Source: Candidatus Shapirobacteria bacterium GW2011_GWF2_37_20
GTDB lineage: Bacteria > Patescibacteriota > Microgenomatia > UBA12405
Reading direction: 5' to 3'
Length of the DNA: 64,000 bases
NCBI GenBank assembly: GCA_000989305.1
Contig: LBTB01000006.1
Location: 2,448 to 66,447, forward strand
Of the stretch, positions 27,815 to 36,650 are shown piece after piece. The translations under genes and the position numbers were made by a program. Within the stretch, counting starts at the first letter, position 1; each line of letters begins with the position of its first letter. The notes beneath the pieces are model-generated. The model was not told where the DNA came from and did not search any database. It saw only the letters and a list, made by a program, of their open reading frames with translations.

Positions 27815-29227
27815 ATGAAAAAATTAGTTTTAGTGCTAGTTGTTTTGTTTGGATTTTGGTTGTATGTTTCAAAAAATTCTCGGGCTCTGTCCTCAACCAA
27901 TGTTAAAGATGTTTTGTCAAACTCTCAGTTTTCATATTACGCAGAAGTCGGTGTGGGAAACTCGGTAAACTCAACAATAATTACCATAAATACTGGTTCT
28001 TTATTTCCATCAAAGACAACAAATAATCTGTTTGTCGGTGATACTGTTGCCATTGGAATCGGCGGAAGTCAAAGTATTTATTATGTCAGGGGAATAGGAA
28101 ATACGGCAAGTTTTGCCATAAATACCGGAATATCGGAAATATCAGCAGTGGCCGGAGGAAGTATTATTTCCACCCGCTCAGCAATACACACAGTTTCTTT
28201 TGAACCTCAAACAAATTCAACCGGTGGATATTGGCAATTTTTGATAAAGGCGGCATCGGGAGGCGGAGAAAAAAGCAGTGACAACATCCCTGACCAACAA
28301 GGTTTTGATTTGGGTAATTTGACAGTGGATGCAGTGACTTGTCCCTGGGGGGCAACGGCTTCCATAGGAACAACTACTGCTGTGGCTTTGGGTAGTCCCG
28401 CGGTGACTTCTTACTACCATGTAATTCAATGTGCATTGGGAGCTGGTGTGACAAATCCAGCCGGTACCGGTGAAACGGGAACCATAATTGTCGGAACAGG
28501 AAATACAATGATGATCAATCCCAGTCCTTCTAATACTGCATCTCAGGAAGGGACAGCAAATATTTTTAGTTATTTAGTACGACAATTGAATTCTTCAAGT
28601 CAAGTGTTAGATCAAACATACGGAAAAATTGCATTAGTGGAAGCAGTCAGGGTAACAGCCACAATTGATCCATCAATAACTTTTTATATAGACGGCATTG
28701 GGGCCACTGATGTTGGCTCAACAGCATGTGGCGTCGGGACAACTTTGAGCCCCGGAGCCGCTTATACTACCGGCAGTCAGGTTGTTTTTGGATCATTGGC
28801 TCTAAGCGCTTTTAACCAATTGTCTCAGCGATTATCTTGTGTGACCAATGCGCCTGGCGGTTATGTGGTAACGGTACATGAGGGAGGGTTGATGAGTAAT
28901 GTCAGCACGGGAACAACTATTCCGGACACTTTGTGTGACGGAGCAAATTGTACAACAACAAATGAAACTCCCTGGACAACGGTAAGTTCCAGCAGATCTG
29001 AGTTTGGATACTCAATGACTAATGTCGGAACAAGCTTACCACTAATTGAAGGTTACTTTAAACCATTTGGAATCGGAGCGGAAAATGCTCAAAAAATAAT
29101 GGAACGAATAACCTTGCCGGGAGGAATTGAATCAGCTTATGTTTGCTACCGTCTGACGGCAACAACTTCCCAAGAGGCAGGAGATTACGAGGGTAAAATT
29201 ATCTACACAGCCACCGCAACGTTTTAA
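27815..29227 (+). CDS. secreted Gly/Thr/Ser-rich hypothetical protein
   Basis: Signal peptide MKKLVLVLVVLFGFWLYVSKNSRA, then 470 aa rich in G/T/S/N. I recognise no sorting signal or domain. Confidence 0.5.
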   Translation: MKKLVLVLVVLFGFWLYVSKNSRALSSTNVKDVLSNSQFSYYAEVGVGNSVNSTIITINTGSLFPSKTTNNLFVGDTVAIGIGGSQSIYYVRGIGNTASFAINTGISEISAVAGGSIISTRSAIHTVSFEPQTNSTGGYWQFLIKAASGGGEKSSDNIPDQQGFDLGNLTVDAVTCPWGATASIGTTTAVALGSPAVTSYYHVIQCALGAGVTNPAGTGETGTIIVGTGNTMMINPSPSNTASQEGTANIFSYLVRQLNSSSQVLDQTYGKIALVEAVRVTATIDPSITFYIDGIGATDVGSTACGVGTTLSPGAAYTTGSQVVFGSLALSAFNQLSQRLSCVTNAPGGYVVTVHEGGLMSNVSTGTTIPDTLCDGANCTTTNETPWTTVSSSRSEFGYSMTNVGTSLPLIEGYFKPFGIGAENAQKIMERITLPGGIESAYVCYRLTATTSQEAGDYEGKIIYTATATF

Positions 29228-29231
29228 GTAA

Positions 29232-29846
29232 TTATCGGGCAGCAGTGACCACCAGACGATTTAAAGTCGTTCCCGGAGGCCAACAAGTCATTAAGGTAAG
29301 GGTTTGAATAGAAGTGAAACCAGTTAAATAACTAATGTCAGAACTTTTAACAATTTTTTTCTCGTTAACGGTATATAAATATTTACTACCCTCGTAATAG
29401 ACAGTTATTTCGTCACCAACAACAAGTTTGTCGGTTAGATAAAAAATAGCGTTGTATTGATTGGCCTGGTACCAAGAGTTGGCAGAGTGAGCAAAGATAA
29501 AGGTATTACCGGGAAAGCCAGGAAGGCCTGAACCCCTGGCATGAGCCACACCTTTGGTCAAAGCTTTTTGATACTCAGAAGAATTATTGGGGTCAACGTT
29601 TTTAATAACCCCGGAGTTGACATTAATTTTGGGAATAACAATAGAAAAGTCCGTATTAATCGGAACAACTTCTGGTTTTTTGGTAATTATTTTTGATGTT
29701 TGATAAGAAACTTCAGCCGAGAATACCGGGTAAAATGTTCTGACCAATATAAAAACTGCTGAAACTACCAGAAAATAACCGAGAAACCTGGACGCTTTAG
29801 TAACGAGCTCGTTTCTTTTTAAGGGCAACATAAATAATGCTAGCAA
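29232..29846 (-). CDS. sortase family transpeptidase
   Basis: N-terminal TM. Conserved His (IFAHSANS), catalytic-Cys motif TLMTCWP (TLxTC) and the downstream Arg (NRLVV). Its 5' end overlaps the 3' end of the LPXTG protein gene. Confidence 0.75.
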   Translation of the reverse strand: MLALFMLPLKRNELVTKASRFLGYFLVVSAVFILVRTFYPVFSAEVSYQTSKIITKKPEVVPINTDFSIVIPKINVNSGVIKNVDPNNSSEYQKALTKGVAHARGSGLPGFPGNTFIFAHSANSWYQANQYNAIFYLTDKLVVGDEITVYYEGSKYLYTVNEKKIVKSSDISYLTGFTSIQTLTLMTCWPPGTTLNRLVVTAAR

Positions 29847-32800
29847 TGATGATTAAAAATAGAAGTAGTAGCTTCCAGTATTTGGCAAAAAAAGTCGAAG
29901 TGAGGTTTTCGGTACCCAAGACTTGACCTTCTTCATTAGTGGCAGGAATATCTCCCTCCCCTACTATCTCTTCTTGGGGAAGATTTACTCCGGTAACGGG
30001 AATGGCAGCGGAAGTAGTGGTGGTAACAATCGTCGAATAAGAAGTGATGGTTACGCTGTCTCCAATGGTTCCTGAACCGTTTCCGGCGTCGTCAAATGCG
30101 CGGAGAACATAATAATATTCTTTATTACAATCAGGTACGGTATTGGTAACATCACGTTCTTGATTGGAACCAACAGGAATACTAGCAACCACAGAACCGG
30201 CGTCCAAGATAAAAGAAGTAACGTCGGCGCGATATATTTCAACCTTAACGGTCTTTCCCCCATCATCGGCAGTTTTAAAATGGATTTTATAATCACAAGT
30301 AGAGGGCCGATCTTTTCGGTAATCACTTGGGGTGCCGGGACCAGAGGTTTTGTAATCAACTGAAACAGTGTTACTGGATAATCCGTTGGCGGTGACATAA
30401 AATTGATAGGTACCTTCGGCATTCATAGTTGAAGAATCTGTGACACAGTCGTCGGTATTTCCGGGAGCTGACAGAGTAATATTGGATCCCATTTGACCAT
30501 ATCCGCTGTCTGAGGGACCTTTTTTGAAACATTTGACAGTAATTGGATTAACACCATCGATTTCTAAGGCAACGAAGGTGAGCTTAAGATTACTTATATT
30601 TGTTGGGGATATCGGTTGTTTGAGACGAACCGATAAGGGATTTACAACTGCCAGAGCATTGCTTGGGAATAAATAGAAAGCGGCAAAAAGGATAATAGCA
30701 ATCAGTTTTTTTGAAGATTTTTTGAGTAAAGTAAAACCTAAGAGGGCCATAAGAGTACTAATTATTAACCAGATATTGTTGGAACCGGTAGAAGGAAGTT
30801 CGGTGGAAGCACCGAGAACCTGACCTTCTTCATGTTTTTCAACACCGGCAGATATAGAATTTTGAGTACTGGCAACTATCGGAACTTCGGTGCCAACAAA
30901 ATTTTCATTAACATATTTAGAATCTTCACCTACAGCGTAAACAGGATCGTTAGTTCCGTAAGTAGTTTTACCCCGTGCGTAGGCTAAATCAGTATAAATA
31001 CCAGGTTGGTGATCGGAACTAATATCAGCAATATAGCTAAGCTCGACAGTGTCGCCAATACTAAGATTTCCCAAATTCCAAACACCGGGCGAATGATATT
31101 GAGGTTCAGTAATACCACCGGTAATATTGATACCATTTTTAAGAACATTATATGAACCAGATCGATATTTAAATCCGTTAGATAAAAGATCGGTTACTTT
31201 AAATTCATTAATATCGTTGCCAGAAATAATAACTTTGATTTTATAGCCAACTGAACCACCCGGAGGTATATTGCCTACGGCATCGTTTGATTTGGAAATG
31301 GTGGCAGAAGGAGGTGAAAGTTCTTCGATTTGACAAGTTGAAGAACATCCATCACCATTGACCGTATTGCCATCATCACAAGTTTCACCGGTTTCGACAG
31401 TTTCATTTCCACATACAGGAGCTGGAGTTTCACAACCATTTTCTAAGAAAGCGATATTGTCACCACTATAATTTTGTCCTGAATAAGAACAATCACCATT
31501 TATAAATGGAGGGATAATATCTAATGGTTCTAGTCCATGTCCTTTAGTTTCACATTCATCTTCACCCTCATTCCACTTATAAATACTGTTATATGAAACT
31601 TCTTGAGCTTTTTTATAAGCATTATTTCCTTCATCCCAGTGACAAATATCTACTTTTTTCTCTAATTTACAAGTTGAATCACATCCATCCTCATCGCTTG
31701 TATTTCCATCATCACATTGCTCACCTCGGTCAATATTTCCATCACCACAATAAGGTAGGTTTTCAAGCTTACATTGATTAGTACAAATTTGATGTGCCCC
31801 GACACCCAGAGTACCGTCGCATTCCTCAGTTGTTTCATCAAGGAAACCGTCACCACAGGGTGTAATGATTTTGGAATTATAGATATTACAAACGCCATCC
31901 CAGACAGTAATTTCATTGACAGCGACACCAACTGTGACACTAGCACACCCATTAATGTCTTGCTTCCAACCATCTGGAAGGGTTTCACTTACGGAATATG
32001 TTCCCGGTGTAACCTCAAAGGTTACTGAAACGGAAGATGAAATTGATCCGGTTGTACTTCCTGTTATTTGTCCGTTTCCACTAATACTTATTGGGAAGAC
32101 GGTTTGATCAGCATCACCAATGTTGGTAAATTGTTTTATAACTTTTATTGTTGCCTTTCTTTCGGGTATTTCACAATCATTGTTCCAAATCGCTTGTCCT
32201 TCAGTACTCCAATTTAAACCAGGATAATTTTTAACAACTCCACCATCTAAATAATTAAATGGAGGAATAATATCACCCCAGACCACTGTGATACCGGGAT
32301 ACCAAACAGGACCATTGTCACTAGCGTGGCCATTGAGATCTCCCGATTTGTTCGGAGTATTAATAACATAATAATTTGAAGAACTGGATGAGGAATGGCA
32401 AATAGTGACCTTGTCTTTTACTAACTCCAATTCGCATTTTTTACTACATTTGAAGTCAGACAATGAAGCATTCCCTAAATCGGTTCCATCACATTGTTCA
32501 CCATCTTCTTTTATGTCGTTTCCACATACCGAATCCGTAAACGTGGTGGTAGCCAGAACTAGACCAGCGAGACTGGTTAATTCAACCTTGTAGTCGGGAA
32601 TATAGGTGTCGAAAAGTTGGTAGCTATATGTAAAATTACCCGTAGAATCGGAAGTAATATTGTATGTTTGAGAGGGTTGTTTTTCTCCTGTTATTACTAA
32701 TAGATAGTCGGTGTTAACGGCAAAACCGCCGCCGGTGATGATGGCTATTTCAGCAGGAGCATAGTCGGCTTTGTCGGAAGAAATAATCGGATTAAGCAAA

Positions 32801-33357
32801 TCAGTGCGACAAGAAGTATTTTCAACAACCATTGTTTCGATTATTCCCCCATCAACGTTGGCACCCAGAACTAGGGGTAGAATTGTCGGAGTTGCCACCG
32901 GCGCTGTTGGTTCTGGTGAGCGGAGAGGAGTTGGAGAACTTGAAGAATTATTTCCAGAAGGCTGATTGTTATCTTCTGCGGGAGGAGTAGTTACTTCAGG
33001 GATAATGGTTGGAGTTATGGTTGGCTCAGGAGTTACAATGGGTTCTTCAGTAGGAGTAGCGGTTGGCTCTATGGTTGGCTCAGGAGTTACAATGGGTTCT
33101 TCAGTAGGAGTAGCGGTTGGCTCGGTTGGTGTTTCAGTAATAGTTGGCTCGAGGGTAGGAGTAGGTACTTCTTCAACAATCGGTGTAGGAGTTGGTTCCT
33201 CAGCATAGGCAGGAATGGCAACAAAATAGGGCAAAAATATATTTAGAAGAAGGGAAAAATTACACAAGACGGAACAAATGTTTTGAAAAAGTTTTCGACT
33301 ACGGAATAACTTGCTAACAGGGACAAATAGCGAAGACAAGGAATGTTTATTACTCAC
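29797..33357 (-). CDS. giant cell-surface protein: signal peptide, PT-rich repeats, 4 Myxococcus-type cysteine-rich repeats, DUF11-like region, LPSTG sorting signal; a second signal-peptide-like segment and membrane-anchored domain continue in frame
   Basis: 1186 aa. Signal ...IPAYA/EEP. EPTxTPTEEPIVTPEPTI repeats. CGDGxxDxGExCDDGNTxxxDGCxxxC repeated four times. HEEGQVLGASTELPSTG followed by a hydrophobic stretch and KKSSKK at residues ~854-886. Then LIAIILFAAFYLFPSNALA/VV, about 300 more residues, and ...EEGQVLGTENLTSTFF + TM + KKKRARY. Confidence 0.7.
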   Translation of the reverse strand: MSNKHSLSSLFVPVSKLFRSRKLFQNICSVLCNFSLLLNIFLPYFVAIPAYAEEPTPTPIVEEVPTPTLEPTITETPTEPTATPTEEPIVTPEPTIEPTATPTEEPIVTPEPTITPTIIPEVTTPPAEDNNQPSGNNSSSSPTPLRSPEPTAPVATPTILPLVLGANVDGGIIETMVVENTSCRTDLLNPIISSDKADYAPAEIAIITGGGFAVNTDYLLVITGEKQPSQTYNITSDSTGNFTYSYQLFDTYIPDYKVELTSLAGLVLATTTFTDSVCGNDIKEDGEQCDGTDLGNASLSDFKCSKKCELELVKDKVTICHSSSSSSNYYVINTPNKSGDLNGHASDNGPVWYPGITVVWGDIIPPFNYLDGGVVKNYPGLNWSTEGQAIWNNDCEIPERKATIKVIKQFTNIGDADQTVFPISISGNGQITGSTTGSISSSVSVTFEVTPGTYSVSETLPDGWKQDINGCASVTVGVAVNEITVWDGVCNIYNSKIITPCGDGFLDETTEECDGTLGVGAHQICTNQCKLENLPYCGDGNIDRGEQCDDGNTSDEDGCDSTCKLEKKVDICHWDEGNNAYKKAQEVSYNSIYKWNEGEDECETKGHGLEPLDIIPPFINGDCSYSGQNYSGDNIAFLENGCETPAPVCGNETVETGETCDDGNTVNGDGCSSTCQIEELSPPSATISKSNDAVGNIPPGGSVGYKIKVIISGNDINEFKVTDLLSNGFKYRSGSYNVLKNGINITGGITEPQYHSPGVWNLGNLSIGDTVELSYIADISSDHQPGIYTDLAYARGKTTYGTNDPVYAVGEDSKYVNENFVGTEVPIVASTQNSISAGVEKHEEGQVLGASTELPSTGSNNIWLIISTLMALLGFTLLKKSSKKLIAIILFAAFYLFPSNALAVVNPLSVRLKQPISPTNISNLKLTFVALEIDGVNPITVKCFKKGPSDSGYGQMGSNITLSAPGNTDDCVTDSSTMNAEGTYQFYVTANGLSSNTVSVDYKTSGPGTPSDYRKDRPSTCDYKIHFKTADDGGKTVKVEIYRADVTSFILDAGSVVASIPVGSNQERDVTNTVPDCNKEYYYVLRAFDDAGNGSGTIGDSVTITSYSTIVTTTTSAAIPVTGVNLPQEEIVGEGDIPATNEEGQVLGTENLTSTFFAKYWKLLLLFLIIIASIIYVALKKKRARY
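33010..33125. repeat. tandem direct repeat (~54-nt unit, 2 copies plus partials) encoding the PT-rich linker EPTATPTEEPIVTPEPTI
   Basis: atggttggctcaggagttacaatgggttcttcagtaggagtagcggttggctc occurs at 33017-33069 and again at 33071-33123. Confidence 0.8.
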
Positions 33358-33406
33358 TTTAAACGTATCATAATATGAGATATTCTCAAAGTCAAGATAT
33401 ATAGTT

Positions 33407-33751
33407 TTACGTAAACAACCGATTGATTGACCTAATCTTTTTTAATTGTCTTAATATTAAAAGACCTATAAAAATTCCCAATAAATCAAAAAGTGTATCT
33501 TTGAGACGACCACTGCGGCCAAGAACAAAGGTTTGATGAATTTCATCACTTAATGCGTATAAATAGGCAATAATAATAGTTGATTTATTTTTTAATAAAG
33601 CATAAAAAATTAAGATAGCTAAAAGGGCAAATTCTAAAATATGAAGAGTTTTAAAAAATAGAAAACGGGGTAGCGGATCGGCAACAACGCTGTCGGTGGG
33701 ACCTGAAGAAAAATAAAAAATGACTCCCATCCAAAGAAGGGCGGGAATCAA
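33407..33751 (-). CDS. VanZ-like family membrane protein
   Basis: 114 aa, 3-4 TM helices. DEIHQTFVLGRSGRLKDTLFDLLG matches the VanZ-like conserved region. Confidence 0.6.
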   Translation of the reverse strand: MIPALLWMGVIFYFSSGPTDSVVADPLPRFLFFKTLHILEFALLAILIFYALLKNKSTIIIAYLYALSDEIHQTFVLGRSGRLKDTLFDLLGIFIGLLILRQLKKIRSINRLFT

Positions 33752-35169
33752 GCGGGGTAAAGTTTTGGAAATAAAATTGGTGATAAGAAAAGAATACTAC
33801 CCCCAAATAAGAATGGCCAGGAGAAAAAATTAGTGTCAGGACTAACACTGTTTAAAGTGGTGACTGAGGAACAGGAAGCAGGAGTGGATGAGAGGCTGGA
33901 GGAAAAGGTCGAAAGACCTAAAACCTGAGATTTTGGAATTGAAACTTTCTTGGGAACAGTAGTAACTTTTGCAGGAGCACTTTTAACAATTAAGTCACCC
34001 GGTTCAAAATCGATAAGTTTACTGCTGGTGTCCTTTTTTAAATGAAAATGAAGTAGATGGGTGCCTGTGGCTAAGGTTTTGGGGACCGTCAGTTCCATAT
34101 TTAAATAGGAGAAGCCGTCGTGGAAATCACCAAAAGCGGAATAGCGGTTACCGAAAGGAGAATTAAGCCGAAGTGAATAAGGTTCGGAAGAATTTAGTCT
34201 GAAAGTTAGGTTGAATTTTTGTCCAGGAAATACCGGAGACAAAGTTGACTGAAGATCTAAGACCGGCGAAGTATTGCTATTACTTGACGGGCTTGAAGTT
34301 GGGGTAGGAGTAGAAGACTGACAGTTATTATTAAATAAATTTTGACTGGGAGAAGTAAAACACCAGCTGTTATTTTCCTGAAGAGAGTATGATGAATTTT
34401 TGGGAGAAGAGGGATAAGTGACAATGGTGTCAAGAAAATGAACCGTATCACCACCATTATTTAGAAAGCCAGATGAAAAACTATGAGAATAGAAAGAAGT
34501 AGCACCGATATTCGTATTATCGTAAAAGCAAAGCTTATCTATTAAAATGGCCGAGGCACTAGAATTTTTGATTTCAATCCATTCATCCTGTCCACTTTCC
34601 GGATTGGCAAAGATTTCGTTGAGAATTAAATAATTTTTTAAGGTGGCTGAGGAAGAGGCTGTGGGAGTGGCGGTGGGAACAACCGTAGGAATGGTTGTGG
34701 GAATAATCGTAGGGACTGATGAGGGAGTAGCAGTGGGAGAAATAATAATAGTAGGTGTTAGGGTGGCACTTGGGGTGGCAATAATTGAAGCGATACTGAC
34801 ATATTGACTATCGTAGGTACTGGCGTGCTTATCACTTTGAGCCAAGCGGATTTTTATATTATTCAATGTCTGAGCTAAATTAATTTTTAAGGTAGCAGTG
34901 GCGGAATTAGTGGCAGGGTCAGAGATAATAAGATTAAGACAGTCGTCGTAGCGGCTGGCACAGGCGGGAAAAATAGAGATATCAGTATTGCTGTCGCCAA
35001 CCGCCTTAAAATGATAGGTCAGACCATTATCTAGAGAGGAAACGTTAAAGTCGAGAGAAAAAGTGTCTCCCACAATTACAGTTTGGGGAAAGTTAATTAT
35101 CGTAATCTCCGGGGCAGCAAAAGCTGTTTTTGGACAAAAGACAAAAAACAGCAATATTAGAAATATCAC
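33748..35169 (-). CDS. secreted protein with Pro/Thr-rich linker and lamin tail domain (LTD)
   Basis: Signal peptide MIFLILLFFVFCPKTAFA. PT linker (TPTIIISPTATPSSVPTIIPTTIPTVVPTATPT). LILNEIFANPESGQDEWIEIKNSSASAILIDKLCFYD fits the LTD consensus (NE..NP.G.DxEWIEL.N...). Confidence 0.6.
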   Translation of the reverse strand: MIFLILLFFVFCPKTAFAAPEITIINFPQTVIVGDTFSLDFNVSSLDNGLTYHFKAVGDSNTDISIFPACASRYDDCLNLIISDPATNSATATLKINLAQTLNNIKIRLAQSDKHASTYDSQYVSIASIIATPSATLTPTIIISPTATPSSVPTIIPTTIPTVVPTATPTASSSATLKNYLILNEIFANPESGQDEWIEIKNSSASAILIDKLCFYDNTNIGATSFYSHSFSSGFLNNGGDTVHFLDTIVTYPSSPKNSSYSLQENNSWCFTSPSQNLFNNNCQSSTPTPTSSPSSNSNTSPVLDLQSTLSPVFPGQKFNLTFRLNSSEPYSLRLNSPFGNRYSAFGDFHDGFSYLNMELTVPKTLATGTHLLHFHLKKDTSSKLIDFEPGDLIVKSAPAKVTTVPKKVSIPKSQVLGLSTFSSSLSSTPASCSSVTTLNSVSPDTNFFSWPFLFGGSILFLSPILFPKLYPA

Positions 35170-35188
35170 TAAAATAGTGTAACAAGAA

Positions 35189-36616
35189 TTACTTTAATTT
35201 AGTGAGGGCCAAATCTAGTTTTCGAATAGTCCCCTCTTGTCCCAGGGCCGGTAAACATTCGACAAGGGGTGGAGTAAAAGAGGAACCACAAATAGCGACA
35301 CGAAAGACCATGAAGAATTCGCCAGTATTCCAAGAGTTTTCAGAAATTAAATTCAAGATTCTGGAACTTAGATTAGTGAAATCAGAGAGTAACTCTTTGG
35401 TTTTGTTAAGCATTTCGGCGGCTAACTCCGAACTAGTTCCCTTTTTTAGCAATAAATCTTTATCATAGTCAACATCCTCAAATAAGAATTTAACTTGCTC
35501 TGACAAGTCACTGAATTTTATTAACCTTTCTTTTAAGACTGGAATTAAAATTTTAATTTGTTCGTCTGAGGCTTGAGGTAAGAATTTTTTGAAATAAGGG
35601 AATAATTCTTCGTCGCTTTTTTGGCGAATATAAAGACCGTTAAAATAATCTAACTTTTTACGGTCAAAAATAGGAGACTTTTTGTGGAGGTGTTCTAGAT
35701 TAAATTCTTTGATAAATTCATCAAGGGTAAATAGCTCTTTGTCGGTACCGGGATTCCATCCCAAAAGCATCAGAAAATTAAGCATGGCTTCGGGTAGATA
35801 ACCATCATCTAAAAAAGCGCGGGCGTGAGTAGAACCGTGGCGTTTGCTCATTTTGCCATGACCGCTTGGGTCTAGTAAAACTGTTAAATGGGCAAAATTT
35901 GGAACTTCCCACTTAAAATATTTGTAGAGTAAAATTTGTTTTGGAGTTGATGAAATCCATTCTTCGCCCCGAAAAATGTGAGTAATCTTCATGAGGTGGT
36001 CGTCAACCACAACGGCAAAATGATAGGTGGGGATGCCGTCAGATTTTATTAAAACCTGATCATCCAGCTCATTGGTATTGAATTTAATTTCACCTCTGAT
36101 TAAATCTTTAAAAACAATATTTTCATTGTCGGGCATTTTTAAACGAATGACATATTTTTCACCGTTTTCAATTTTTTGTTTAATCTCCTTTGAACTTAGT
36201 TTTAGACAATGGCGATCATATTTAGGAACTTTATGAGCCGCTTTTTGAACTTCACGCATTTCCGTAAGCCGTTGCTCACTGCAAAAACAATAGTAAGCCA
36301 GGTCTTGGTCTAATAATTCTTTGATATATTTTTGATAAATATTGAGACGCTTTGTCTGAACATAAGGACCGTAGGGACCACCGATATCTGGACCCTCATC
36401 CCAGGAAAGTCCGTAATCTTTTATGACTTGAAAAATTCTACTTTCGGCACCCTCGACATGACGTTTTTGATCTGTATCTTCTAGTCGGAGAATAAACTGA
36501 CCATGATTTTGACGAGCCAGGGCATAATCGTAGAGAAGAGTTCTGAGTCCTCCAATGTGCAATTCCCCGGTAGGAGAAGGAGCCATGCGGGTGCGAACAA
36601 TATTAGTGTCGGACAT
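35189..36616 (-). CDS. gltX: glutamate--tRNA ligase
   Basis: MAPSPTGELHIGGLRT (HIGH-type motif of GluRS) and the KMSKRHG KMSKS motif. Confidence 0.9.
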   Translation of the reverse strand: MSDTNIVRTRMAPSPTGELHIGGLRTLLYDYALARQNHGQFILRLEDTDQKRHVEGAESRIFQVIKDYGLSWDEGPDIGGPYGPYVQTKRLNIYQKYIKELLDQDLAYYCFCSEQRLTEMREVQKAAHKVPKYDRHCLKLSSKEIKQKIENGEKYVIRLKMPDNENIVFKDLIRGEIKFNTNELDDQVLIKSDGIPTYHFAVVVDDHLMKITHIFRGEEWISSTPKQILLYKYFKWEVPNFAHLTVLLDPSGHGKMSKRHGSTHARAFLDDGYLPEAMLNFLMLLGWNPGTDKELFTLDEFIKEFNLEHLHKKSPIFDRKKLDYFNGLYIRQKSDEELFPYFKKFLPQASDEQIKILIPVLKERLIKFSDLSEQVKFLFEDVDYDKDLLLKKGTSSELAAEMLNKTKELLSDFTNLSSRILNLISENSWNTGEFFMVFRVAICGSSFTPPLVECLPALGQEGTIRKLDLALTKLK

Positions 36617-36650
36617 GGGATTATTTTAGCATTTTAATGTAGAATAATTT

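Noticed and set aside
32966-33208. Gly/Val/Ser-rich 80-aa ORF (MLSSAGGVVTSGIMVGVMVGSGVTMGSS…)
   Set aside because: It is the antisense reading of the PT-rich tandem repeats of the giant surface-protein gene, so its periodicity is inherited from the sense strand.
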